A stretch of DNA of 63,385 bases, filler included, from Octopus bimaculoides (lineage: Eukaryota): assembly GCF_001194135.2 (NCBI RefSeq). It is 4 parts of 4 records of this genome, joined end to end, with 100 filler letters (N's around TTAATTAATTAA, not from the genome) between each part and the next. Parts side by side here need not be neighbours in the genome. Positions count along the whole stretch, not along the records: positions 14,303 to 38,952 come from NC_069000.1; positions 39,053 to 61,924 come from NC_068986.1; 2 more parts are not named here. One strand, written 5' to 3'. A program made the translations under genes and the position numbers. This document shows positions 38,074 to 48,945 of the stretch, piece after piece. Positions within the stretch are counted from its first letter, which is position 1; the number at the start of each line of letters is the position of its first letter. The notes beneath the pieces were generated by a model that saw only the letters and a program-made list of their open reading frames with translations, was not told the origin of the DNA and made no database searches.

Positions 38074-38385
38074 GGCTCAGAGGTTAGAATATGCGGCTCA
38101 CGATCGCAAGGTCGTGAGTTCAATTCCCGGTGATACGTTGTGTCCTTAAGCGAGACACTCTATTTTATGTTACTCCAGTTAACTCTGTTGGCAAAATTGA
38201 GTAGTACCTGTAATTCAAAGGGCCAGCCTTGTGACTCTCTCTGTCATACTGAATCTCCCTGAAAACTACGTTAAGGACACACGCGTTTGCGAAGTGTCCA
38301 GCCACTTGCACATTAATTTCACAAGCAACATGTTCCGTTGATCGGATTAATTTCAGCCCGCATCGTCGTAACCGACGAAGTCTCT
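38074..38385 (+). mobile_element. SINE with tRNA head, CORE-like centre and family-A tail
   Basis: B box GAGTTCAATTCC. Centre gtgtccttaagcgagacactctatttt is like 17553-17901, and tail gtacctgtaattcaaagggccagcc...gtcgtaaccgacg is like family A. Confidence 0.8.
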
Positions 38386-38860
38386 TTCAGTATCGCTTAC
38401 GTAAACAGGAGAGACTTCTTAGCATGATTAACGACTAGACAAGCTCAAACAGTTTTGCACAAGCTCATATATACATGTACAGGAGATTGGTCAATATTAA
38501 CAGAGGTCCTGCTGTAAATAGGTGAATATAACAGTCGGCTAAGCCTGTTTTGCCGATAATTCATAGAACAGAAACCAGGCGTGACAAATAATAGATTCAG
38601 TTAAAAGCGTTACTGTTCGGATTTTTTTTAGTGCTTTATTGATCGGTACAAGGAAAATCTATTGCGTTGCTATTACTTGGTAATTAGTGAGAAACCATGA
38701 ATTATTAGGAAGTTGCAATGTCCACACAGTAATGTTATGGAGGCAATGATTATTTTCATTTCATTTATTTCTTTGGATTAATAGGGTTATTTATCTGTTT
38801 CATTAGAACTGATCATTTGAATGAGATTAGATTGTTGATATACACATACGTACATATATA

Positions 38861-38911
<51 letters not shown>

Positions 38912-38952
38912 TTATTTATTTTATTTATATATATACAGCTACAACAGAAACA

Positions 38953-39052
38953 NNNNNNNNNNNNNNNNNNNNNNNNNNNNNNNNNNNNNNNNNNNNTTAA
39001 TTAATTAANNNNNNNNNNNNNNNNNNNNNNNNNNNNNNNNNNNNNNNNNNNN
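38953..39052. other. Scaffolding linker (N44-TTAATTAATTAA-N44)
   Basis: 44 N, TTAATTAATTAA at 38997-39008, 44 N. Confidence 0.93.
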
Positions 39053-39140
39053 TGGCATTTACATTTGAGCTTTCATGTTATTTTGTATCAAAAGACTGAT
39101 TGTGGTTACAACTGAAAAATACAAAATTTTAAAAAATAAA

Positions 39141-39189
39141 GAGCGCGGACTACTAATCCCAAAATTCCGAGTTCGATTCCGGGCATTGA

Positions 39190-39246
<57 letters not shown>

Positions 39247-39405
39247 CATCGAAGAATACCTTAGGAATGAGAACCCAGGTTCGAAATTTCCCGAAGACAG
39301 CTGATGAAGGCTGGAGAGCATATCATCCGAAACGTTGTGTTAACAACAAGCAAGATGAGGACAAATATCCGTCAAAAGTAAATAATGTAAATAATGTACA
39401 TAATT
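39141..39405 (+). mobile_element. Composite non-autonomous element: tRNA-like head + (AAT)n + Penelope-type tail with hammerhead-like motif
   Basis: B box GAGTTCGATTCC at 39169-39180, (AAT)~17, gacag-CTGATGAA-ggctg..catcc-GAAACGTT-gtgtt at 39296-39341, and terminal (GTAAATAAT)2. Confidence 0.65.
39296..39341 (+). ncRNA. Minimal type I hammerhead-like motif (degenerate)
   Basis: Core CUGAUGA and GAAA intact; stem II 4/5 paired; palindromic ACGU stem III; GUU at the cleavage triplet; stem I 4/5 paired. One extra A follows A9. Confidence 0.55.
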
Positions 39406-40951
39406 ATCCACCTATCATTTCGTTGTAACTCACGGCAACGTGAACACAAAATAACAGATACCTACACATGCACACTCGCACTGATTAAACTGGAAAAGAA
39501 TACCATTGCGTTTCATTGTGCAATGTGCATGCACACACTGTAGCATTTTTCAAATATATTTCAAAGACTTGCACATTTTATATTAACTGCTTTTATTGTT
39601 GCAACCAGAAGATAAATCCTCCCTCTGAACAGTTTTAAAGTCTAAAGACAACGAGCATGTTTTAGATACAAATTCCACCTTCAAATTACATTGTCTTTCA
39701 TTTCTGAAATTGTTTTTGTTGATATTTTTATAGTTGTCTGCATTTCCCTTTGATTTTAGCTTTAAAAAGATCCATTGAATGAGATTTCTTCTCTTCTAGT
39801 TATAAAATAGCGTCACTTAATCTATGTGGCTTTTTTTTTCTCTACTTGTTTTATTACATAGGCTAGTCTCCGCTGTGTACACACCAAACAGAAAAGCAAA
39901 CATCGGCAAAATATTTATGAATGTGTTACTCACATTTTAATATAGAACATCTAAGTTATTAGCTAAATCATGACACGTTGCATGATTGTTTATCTAAATA
40001 TTAACTTATTTAATGTTTCGTATGAAGATGTTTATCTAATTTATGATTAACAGCAATGTAGTCTTTTTTCAGTTAACCAGTAACTGATGCCAATAAGGTA
40101 AACCTTAGTTGCTAATGCTGTTTCCACGAAAAATATATGCTAACGCAAACATGTTTGTGGGGATATCACTGTTCACTGGTTTAGTTAGTTATTGAACAAA
40201 TCTCAAACGTATTAATATTAGCATTTGGAATTTGTAAATATTTATGTGCGCGGAATGTTTGTGCTATGAGATGAATCGATGTGTCTGATACAGAACGTAT
40301 TCCGTAATGTCTGTGGAACATTTCACCTTATTGAACTCTATGATCATAAACATGTTATTCTGACATTTTACAAGAACCGAAATCTTTGTGATCTTTATCT
40401 GTGCCGTTCAGTTAGTGATTTAACAGAATAATTGACTTTTACATATTTTATTTGTCTAGCGTATTAGATATTTTAGTTGAACGATAACTTAAACATAATT
40501 TAGTGAGTTTTTTTTTTCTTTTTCTTTGCCCATGACAGAATCTAGATTCATACAGGCAGGCATTTAGCTTTAAATCTTATATGTAACAAATGTTCTCCAA
40601 CAAGCGCTAGATTTGTTATTGTAAATTGTCCAATCAGAATTCAAAGTGTTTCAATATGAACGCGAAAGCATATTTTCCTATTCTGGATTGAATTCAAAAG
40701 ATATAACATACATTTTCTTCGAGATTAACAGATGGGGAATGTAAAAATATTCTACTCGGATTACCATTTATAAATTGTGAGTGTGTGTGTCTGTATGTGC
40801 GTGTGTTTGTGTTTGTGCTTGTGCTTGTGTATGTAGATGTATTTGTATAAACGTATGCATAGATTTATACGCACAAGCACACATACAGAAATATATATGG
40901 GTATGTAATGTCTGTATATACAGTCTGCGATGAATAAATTGTTGTCTAAAT

Positions 40952-41241
40952 TAGTGCTTCTCAAACTGTCTGATGTGTTGTACCGCCAGTGTTTTTCCAA
41001 TGTGCCAGGGAAAGGTAATAATTCTTAGTAATATTCATTGATATCGGAAACAATATATATAAGGAATAAAAGTTAACAATTTTTTAATCTTATATTTATT
41101 TTGTAAACAAATAATACAATATTGCATAAGCATTTTGCAAGCACTTTATATATCCTTCTTTTCTCGAAAATCGCTGTGGTTCGGAAGCTGATGGCTCATT
41201 GACCGGTGCCTGTCCGCGGACCACCACTTTGAATAGCACTG
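40952..41241. mobile_element. hAT-like MITE (290 bp)
   Basis: Imperfect TIRs tagtgcttctcaaact / actttgaatagcactg. 8-bp TSD gtctaaat (40944-40951) / gtctaact (41242-41249), the hAT TSD length. Confidence 0.75.
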
Positions 41242-41346
41242 GTCTAACTTACGCAGAAACGAAAATAACACTGACATCACATTTTAACAGATCACATATA
41301 TTTTCCAAAATTACATAAAAGTATCTTGAAATAATTAACAGTAATT

Positions 41347-41424
41347 GAATGGGGGAATAACGTTGCCATCACTTGTGATCACAATGATGTTCATTGGATG
41401 CTTGAATTTCATCACTCTCGGTAC
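41347..41424 (-). pseudogene. Short Tc1/mariner (maT-like) transposase relic
   Basis: The minus strand reads VPRVMKFKHPMNIIVITSDGNVIPPF, resembling the VP.VM.TKHP..MV.G.I.SDG..MPP segment of maT-type transposases. Confidence 0.55.
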
Positions 41425-41724
41425 ATGCCCTCAGATTGCACTGTTCTCAGAGAGACACTCAAATGCTCTGAAATGTTCGTATTGGAGCTTCAGGCGCGAA
41501 TGCCAAGCAGTACAGAACGTCATTTATACATTTCTGGCAGAGTGATTTGCGTCATAGTGGTGTTTTTTCCACAGACGGTGCCCAACAGACCGTACTATAC
41601 TGTGAATTCGACAAAATCAAAAACACACAACGCGCATACACGAAATGAAAAATTCAAAATGACAACAATTTATCAGTAACACTTTGTATATGTGTGTATG
41701 TGTGTGTGTGTGTGTGGGGGGGGG

Positions 41725-41757
<33 letters not shown>

Positions 41758-43160
41758 CCAAAGAAAAGATTATTAAATAGTGGAATACGGTAGTAATGCT
41801 TCCCAGTAAAACAAACCGCCGTCAGGTTAAAGTATAAATATATACGATATTGGTACAGCAATGTACCGATATTTACTGGAAATTGCAGTCGATAATATAC
41901 GACGCTATAGTAAAGCTTCACTGTATATATATATACTGGCAAAAATGTTTGCGGGCGGCGAACATCAAAAATTTCATCTTACCTGTAGAACGAACATTAG
42001 ATAAATGTGCAACTCAGTTTTGGATAATTATGTTTGTTAACGTAAATTTTTTCGTTCTCATCGGCTAGATTCGCCTAGTCAAAATTTCAAATGTTGCTAC
42101 ATGAATGTCAGTACTTACTCGTCTGAAAGCCTAGCCGTCAACAGACCGAGAACAGTGAAAAAGTAAATTATCGATTGCTACTCCTAGTAAATATTGGTGC
42201 ATTGTTGTATTACTATTATATATATATATATATATTCGGGTGAGTGGAGAAAGTATCGAAAGAGACACTCAACGAATTGAGTAAAAATTATATGTTGTTA
42301 TTTACAACAGTTTGATTCGGCCTCATGCAGCTCAAAGTTTCATAGACTTCAGAGAGAAAGCTAGTTTATCGGGCTAACGTAGCCAATTCGGCTAAGTGAG
42401 CCGAACGAGTTATGTTTCTTAAAGATACTAACGAATCTTGAAGTTACATGGAGCCGAAACAAACTTGTTGGTTCTCATTTGGTTTCAATAAATGCCTAAA
42501 TATATCATGGCAATCTCTTACGTGCAATCCTGTCCTAATGTTGTATATAGTGGCATTAATATGAGGCTTATAGATGGGATAGTTTATTTATAAGATAGTA
42601 TATTAAGGAATATATGCGGTTCAAGTCAATTCAGTTTAGTAACGAAGCAAATTGATATTTTGATCGACAAACAAAGTGGTGTATTCCCTTTATGTTTTGT
42701 TTCAGCGTTATGCGGTGCAATATATTTAATTGTTATATTTTCCTGGAAGAGAAATTCTTCATCAGCATGGACGCACGAAGTCCTAGGTCTCTTAGTATAA
42801 TAATTTGCTGAGTGTATTGTTGCGGAAAACAGAGCTACACTGCGTGGATATCACACAACGTTTCAAGCCAACATCAAGGAAACTTAATATGGTATTTTAT
42901 GTAATAATATGGTTCGGAAATCTCAGCAACTAAATGCTGTTACCATCACACAGAAACAAGTGTTGTTATTTGTGATTAATTCCTGTTCATTCCGTTTTCT
43001 TCTTTTATGCACTTTTATAAAATTTCTGCGTACACTAATGGCGTTCATTCATATAGCAGAAGTAACCCTGTTAAATGATGGCATATAGTAGCCAATGTAC
43101 GTTTGAAATGTACGTTATCAGATTAATTCCCAGATGATAAAATATACTCATGTATACGTA

Positions 43161-43313
43161 CATGTGTCTCTGTCTGTTTCTTCCTGTGTTCTTTCTGTGG
43201 AAGAGCGTAGGCTCGAAACGTTAAAGACTATTTCACTTCCCGAGCGTTAAAATAATCTGTTTGTTGACTACATGACCTGTCTTAGTCTTTTGAATTTTGG
43301 GGTGAATTCTCCC
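43161..43313 (+). mobile_element. Penelope-type tail repeat with hammerhead-like motif at 43190-43227
   Basis: tcttt-CTGTGGAA-gagc(gtag)gctc-GAAACGTT-aaaga: perfect 5-bp stem I and 4-bp stem II, with a degenerate core. Confidence 0.55.
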
Positions 43314-44144
43314 TATATATATNNNNNNNNNNNNNNNNNNNNNNNNNNNNNNNNNNNNNNNNNNNNNNNNNNNNNNNNNNNNNNNNNNNNNNNNNNNNNN
43401 NNNNNNNNNNNNNNNNNNNNNNNNNNNNNNNNNNNNNNNNNNNNNNNNNNNNNNNNNNNNNNNNNNNNNNNNNNNNNNNNNNNNNNNNNNNNNNNNNNNN
43501 NNNNNNNNNNNNNNNNNNNNNNNNNNNNNNNNNNNNNNNNNNNNNNNNNNNNNNNNNNNNNNNNNNNNNNNNNNNNNNNNNNNNNNNNNNNNNNNNNNNN
43601 NNNNNNNNNNNNNNNNNNNNNNNNNNNNNNNNNNNNNNNNNNNNNNNNNNNNNNNNNNNNNNNNNNNNNNNNNNNNNNNNNNNNNNNNNNNNNNNNNNNN
43701 NNNNNNNNNNNNNNNNNNNNNNNNNNNNNNNNNNNNNNNNNNNNNNNNNNNNNNNNNNNNNNNNNNNNNNNNNNNNNNNNNNNNNNNNNNNNNNNNNNNN
43801 NNNNNNNNNNNNNNNNNNNNNNNNNNNNNNNNNNNNNNNNNNNNNNNNNNNNNNNNNNNNNNNNNNNNNNNNNNNNNNNNNNNNNNNNNNNNNNNNNNNN
43901 NNNNNNNNNNNNNNNNNNNNNNNNNNNNNNNNNNNNNNNNNNNNNNNNNNNNNNNNNNNNNNNNNNNNNNNNNNNNNNNNNNNNNNNNNNNNNNNNNNNN
44001 NNNNNNNNNNNNNNNNNNNNNNNNNNNNNNNNNNNNNNNNNNNNNNNNNNNNNNNNNNNNNNNNNNNNNNNNNNNNNNNNNNNNNNNNNNNNNNNNNNNN
44101 NNNNNNNNNNNNNNNNNNNNNNNNNNNNNNNNNNNNNNNNNNNN

Positions 44145-44194
<50 letters not shown>

Positions 44195-45284
44195 GTATAC
44201 AGTGAAATTATACCAAATTATGCCTCTCAAAGTTATTAGTATAATCGCAGACAAAATTATAATTATATTTCATATAATCAAAATTCAAGTTTTTTTTTTC
44301 TGTATACATTCTTACAATTATTTGTCTACCTTAATCCTTCTTCTATATGTGACATTGTACACAGACTAAAGTGTAGCAGAACAGAATAGTTTTACCGATA
44401 CTTATTTTCCATTAATAATATGACGTACATCTGTTTAAGTGTTTGCCTGTCTATTTGTGTATGTGTCTATGATTTACGAATTGCATTCGTATGAAACTGA
44501 GTTTGATTTTCAATTTTTATATATTTCCAACAATTTCTATTTCCCTGTTATCTTGTTTATGCGTAGCTGAGTATATGAGGGGTGCAAATATATGCCCCTA
44601 CACGTAATTGTCTACAATCTTTTGCTTGTTTAAGTCAGTCTCTGTAGCACATGTAGGGTAGCGCCTTGGCAAGTGTAATCGAACCTAGCGCAATCCCAGA
44701 GCTAGTTCTTTTAAAGCCTGGTGATTATTCCGTCGATCGTTGTCATTGAACCGCTATGTTACTGAGAAATAAACAAACTAAGATAGTTTGTCAAGCATTG
44801 TGGCGAAAAAAACTAGCAAAATTACACACTTATGCATGCACATACACACGCTCACACACACATAAGTACAGACTCACACACACACAAACACACACACATA
44901 TAGCAAATGGGTGAATGACAGACGATGGCTGAATGTCAGTTCATTACAGTCGTTTATTACGCAGTTTTAATAGATGAATAAGTAGATTGCATTTTTTGCT
45001 ATCAGATGATACATATAATTTTAAAATAATAGAATATTCCATGAACGCAGTGGGGACGAGCCCATCATCCAGGCAAAGCTGACCATCAACGGGAGAAACA
45101 AATCATAGGCAAAAATTATATGTATTATCTGCTGAATACGCTTTTTTGCAATGACGTCATGTACTCAGTCACCTATTAAAAATGCGTAAGAAACAGCTGT
45201 CATGAACTGCAAGTTATCCATCGTCTGTTATTTATTCATTTGCTTATAATACACCAAAAGGGATTCACAACTCGTCGGACATCC

Positions 45285-45713
45285 TAGAGTATACCAAGCA
45301 GTATGTGATCAACACAACGTGCGCTTTTGACCAGCCCCTAGGTGATAAATACATGTAGTGGTGGTTTTCTGTGTGTGGCAACCTGAATATCTTACTAGAT
45401 GTATACACAATATTTATTCGTCTAAGGGTGGTGCTTACAGGTTCATTCAACCTGGAGCATAACATTTAAGTAGCCGATTCTCTCCAAGTTCTTTAATATT
45501 ATAATATGTGATATCAAGTGGAAGATTTTAGAACTACGAGGCTCCTATATCAATGAGAGCAGGCGCTGCAAAATCTGCGTTGCTGAGCGAGCCAAGACTC
45601 TTAAAAGCTATGCTAAGCCTGCTTCACTGAATATTCATAGAGAATTATTCACAAAATGTATCCATTTGAAGCGCTACCTCCTGCAAAATTGGGATTCTCC
45701 GTTCCCTGGTTAG
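45285..45713 (+). pseudogene. Penelope-like element GIY-YIG endonuclease C-terminal relic (type 1)
   Basis: Frame 45510-45713 reads DIKWKILELRGSYINESRRCKICVAERAKTLKSYAKPASLNIHRELFTKCIHLKRYLLQNW, matching the PLE IKW.I...Y..C.LC..E...LN.R.EL..C.H pattern. Upstream, a disrupted VYQA..KY motif. Confidence 0.75.
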
Positions 45714-46296
45714 GCTCGTAAGAGACCATACAAAATAAATCCTAACTTCCAACTAATCGCTGGTGCAGGGGAGAGAACTCGTCTTCACTAACGTTTTTGC
45801 CTCTGATTATCGTTCGACCAATTGACGGTAGCGTTTCTCGCTTCTGCGAGATGAAGAGCTAAATTTGTCTTTGTATAAAATCTGATGAGCTGTCCACAGG
45901 TTTGTGGTTTTTGTGGGTGCAAAACCATCGGTCACTATATGACCAGACTTTAGTCATTTAATATACAAATATATACATGTATAGCTGCGTGGTAAGGTGC
46001 TAGCTTCTCAACTGAATTGTCCCGGCTTCTGTTTCCCCCAGAAAACACAGACCTCGTGTCAAAATTCGAAATCAATATTCCGTCAAGTATTTACTAGAAA
46101 GTGGCTATGAAACAATTGTATTGTTGAATCTATTTTCGCTTCTTCCTATTTTTGTGCATACTCGACGGATATTCTACGAACATTCACGTGTTTCCCGATG
46201 TATATTCAAAGATATGATTAATCTCAATGAATAGAAGCACTTTTTAGCTGATACATGTAGACGAACATAATACAACGCACATACCCNNNNNNNNNN

Positions 46297-46346
<50 letters not shown>

Positions 46347-47874
46347 TTGGATAATATACCTGAACTATATACGAAGATATATCTCGCAGAACATAGAGAG
46401 TCGGAAAGAATGTTTTGTGGTATTTATTCCGGAACCCTGCATTTTAATTTTAATCCCAACCATTTCAGCTGGGCTTTGCATCATTTCCGGATCAATAAAA
46501 ACAATGCGAATCCAGTTTGGTGGATTGGGGGAAATATTTGATTAGCGATAGCAGGTGATTGAATTTCTACGCAACGGATGGTGTTACTTCGGGCCCATTA
46601 ATGGATGAACTGATTTGTTACTGCCTCCTGGAGATTTGAATTTTTTTTCTTTTGGAAATGTATACGCTTCCTTGCACTGACAATACTTTTATTTGTCTCA
46701 CTTGAACCACTGAGAACCTAGAAGATATAGATTGAAGAACCTACAGTGTGAACTTAATATATAAAAATGGTTTCCTTTCTACCTTCTTCGGGGAAAAGCG
46801 TCAGATTTCTACATTGTAAGGATATTTTGAGATCACTTTATGGTAATAGTTTATACGGTGATGCAATATAGGGGAAAACTGTTGTTCAAATCCGGTATCA
46901 GTGTCTGTCCAGCCAATATTTGTTTTGCTGTTAAGGAGTATCTTAGAGAATACAAGAAAAATTACTTATAGCATACATACATATATGTATACAAATATAT
47001 ACTCATACAAACATATGTAAATATTCATCCGTGTGTATGTGTGTGTGTGTCTGTGTGTGTGTGTTGGGGTGAGCACACAGACGGCTATAAGTTGATAGTT
47101 ATATTTTACTATTAGCAAGTCTAGTGGGAGTGCCGCTTTAGTCACCAACGACCCGACCATGCAAAAGGATGTACTGGATTCCATGTTATTAGTAGCACCA
47201 ATGAGAGATCTCACGGCAGACATGCCAAGAGACATGACATAAACACATGAGTAGCGACTCTCACACATGTCTCAAATCATATCACTGTGTCATCCAAATC
47301 GAAAAATAGGTTGCGTAATGAAAACCTGGAGATACTGCATCAGAAAAACAAAATCTATGATTCTCCAAAGCATTGATGCTTTGGTTCGGATTTGTGCTGA
47401 ACTAATGCAAGCCTAAATAAACTTCATCAAAAAGAAATGCGGAGCAAAAATTTTCACCAGAGGCGGTTATCGATTATTTGAACATTACCCGTATCATTTG
47501 AAACATTAGATGGGCTCCATGCTCAGCAGAAACATATAGTTACCTGGAAGTAGCACACGTACACACACACACACTCACACACACACATACACACACACAC
47601 ACATACACACACATACACACACGGCCTCTGACTGAGAAATATTCACATGGACACATTTATATGGACACATATACATTTGTGCAAATAGACATACGCATTG
47701 TATATATATTTATGTATGTATGTATAAATACACATATATATATGTATAAAAAATATACATATGTATATATATATATATATATATGTGTGTGTCTGTGTCT
47801 GTGTGTGTGTCTGTGTCTGTGTGTGTGTGTGTGTTTAAGTAAATATGCATCTATATGCAAACGCACTCACACAT

Positions 47875-47913
<39 letters not shown>

Positions 47914-48074
47914 GTAAATTATAATAAGACACTTAGATTATTAACTACAGGCCTAAAGCGTTCTTGTGCAAATTTAGTAGACATATTTTCCGTCTAACGA
48001 TATATTAAAAACCCTTCCTCGGGCATTTGCAAGAAATACACTTCAGAAGTTAAGATGTAATGTCGATATCAATA

Positions 48075-48293
48075 AGAATAAAGTAGCGAGCTGGTAGAAA
48101 CGTCAGCACGCCGGGCGAAATTCTTAACGGTATTTCGTCTGTCTTTACGTTCTGAGTTCAAATTCCGCCGGGGTCGACTTTGCCTTTCATCCTTTCGCGG
48201 TTGATAAATTAAGTACCAGTTGTGTACTGGTGTCAATCTAATCGACTGGATCCCGTTCCCGAAAATTTCGGGCCTTGTGCTTAGAGTAGAAAA
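48075..48293 (+). mobile_element. Full-length SINE family B with 11-bp TSD
   Basis: TSD CGATATCAATA at 48064-48074 and 48294-48304; B-box-like GAGTTCAAATTCC. Confidence 0.9.
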
Positions 48294-48689
48294 CGATATC
48301 AATAGAAATTTGATTTAGTTTATTGCAATTTACTAAAAATTAGTTAATGAATAATTTTGAGAACGATATCCGTACGAATAGAGAAGGTATATATATTTAT
48401 CGATGTATGTATATGTGTATATATACCACGTGTACATAAACAAGTCCATGTACTTATGCATGCAACTATTCATACAGATCTTTCTAAATCGGTCTCATAT
48501 AATCCTTAAACGCAGAATATTGTAACAGTTATGTTTCAGAAAATAAGCGAAACAAATATGATATATTTACTGACAACATAAATCGTTATTTTCATTTTGT
48601 CACTCTTTGCTGTATGTGCATTATTATTTTTTTTATAGTTTCAGTTCAGAGCTGCGGCCATACTGGGGCATCGCCCTTTTGCTAAACTG

Positions 48690-48945
48690 TTATTATTGAG
48701 AGCCTCCTCTATGATGTGGCTTTTGGTGAACAAGGGAGTTTGATGTCGCTACTCTCATTTCCCCCTCTTGCCACGAAGTTGGTTGATCTGGAACTCACGA
48801 CAGAAGAGGTCCAGTTTTGATTTGAAAACAACTACATCCACTTTGTATACGCCCCTCAGGCTCTTTGGAAGAATATTAAAGAGCTGTGGGCCGCAGAATC
48901 CCAACCTATTGCAATAACTGGTCCTGAAGCGCGATGGCATTACGT
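48690..48945 (-). pseudogene. CR1/L2-group LINE ORF2 C-terminal relic
   Basis: SRFRTSYCNRLGFCGPQLFNILPKSLRGVYKVDVVVFKSKLDLF, then frameshifted PDQP..ATSNSLVHQ. This is the typical GP.LFN.LP..FK.KLD.L..PD.P..SNSL end. Confidence 0.85.

Noticed and set aside
42235-42340. Weak similarity to 4195-4390, possibly a solo LTR
   Set aside because: Only short motifs match, and no TG..CA ends, TSD, PBS or PPT could be established.
47365-47384. 20-nt palindrome ccaaagcattgatgctttgg and similar short hairpins (42387, 58275)
   Set aside because: Arms of 7-9 bp are expected by chance in 63 kb of AT-rich DNA.
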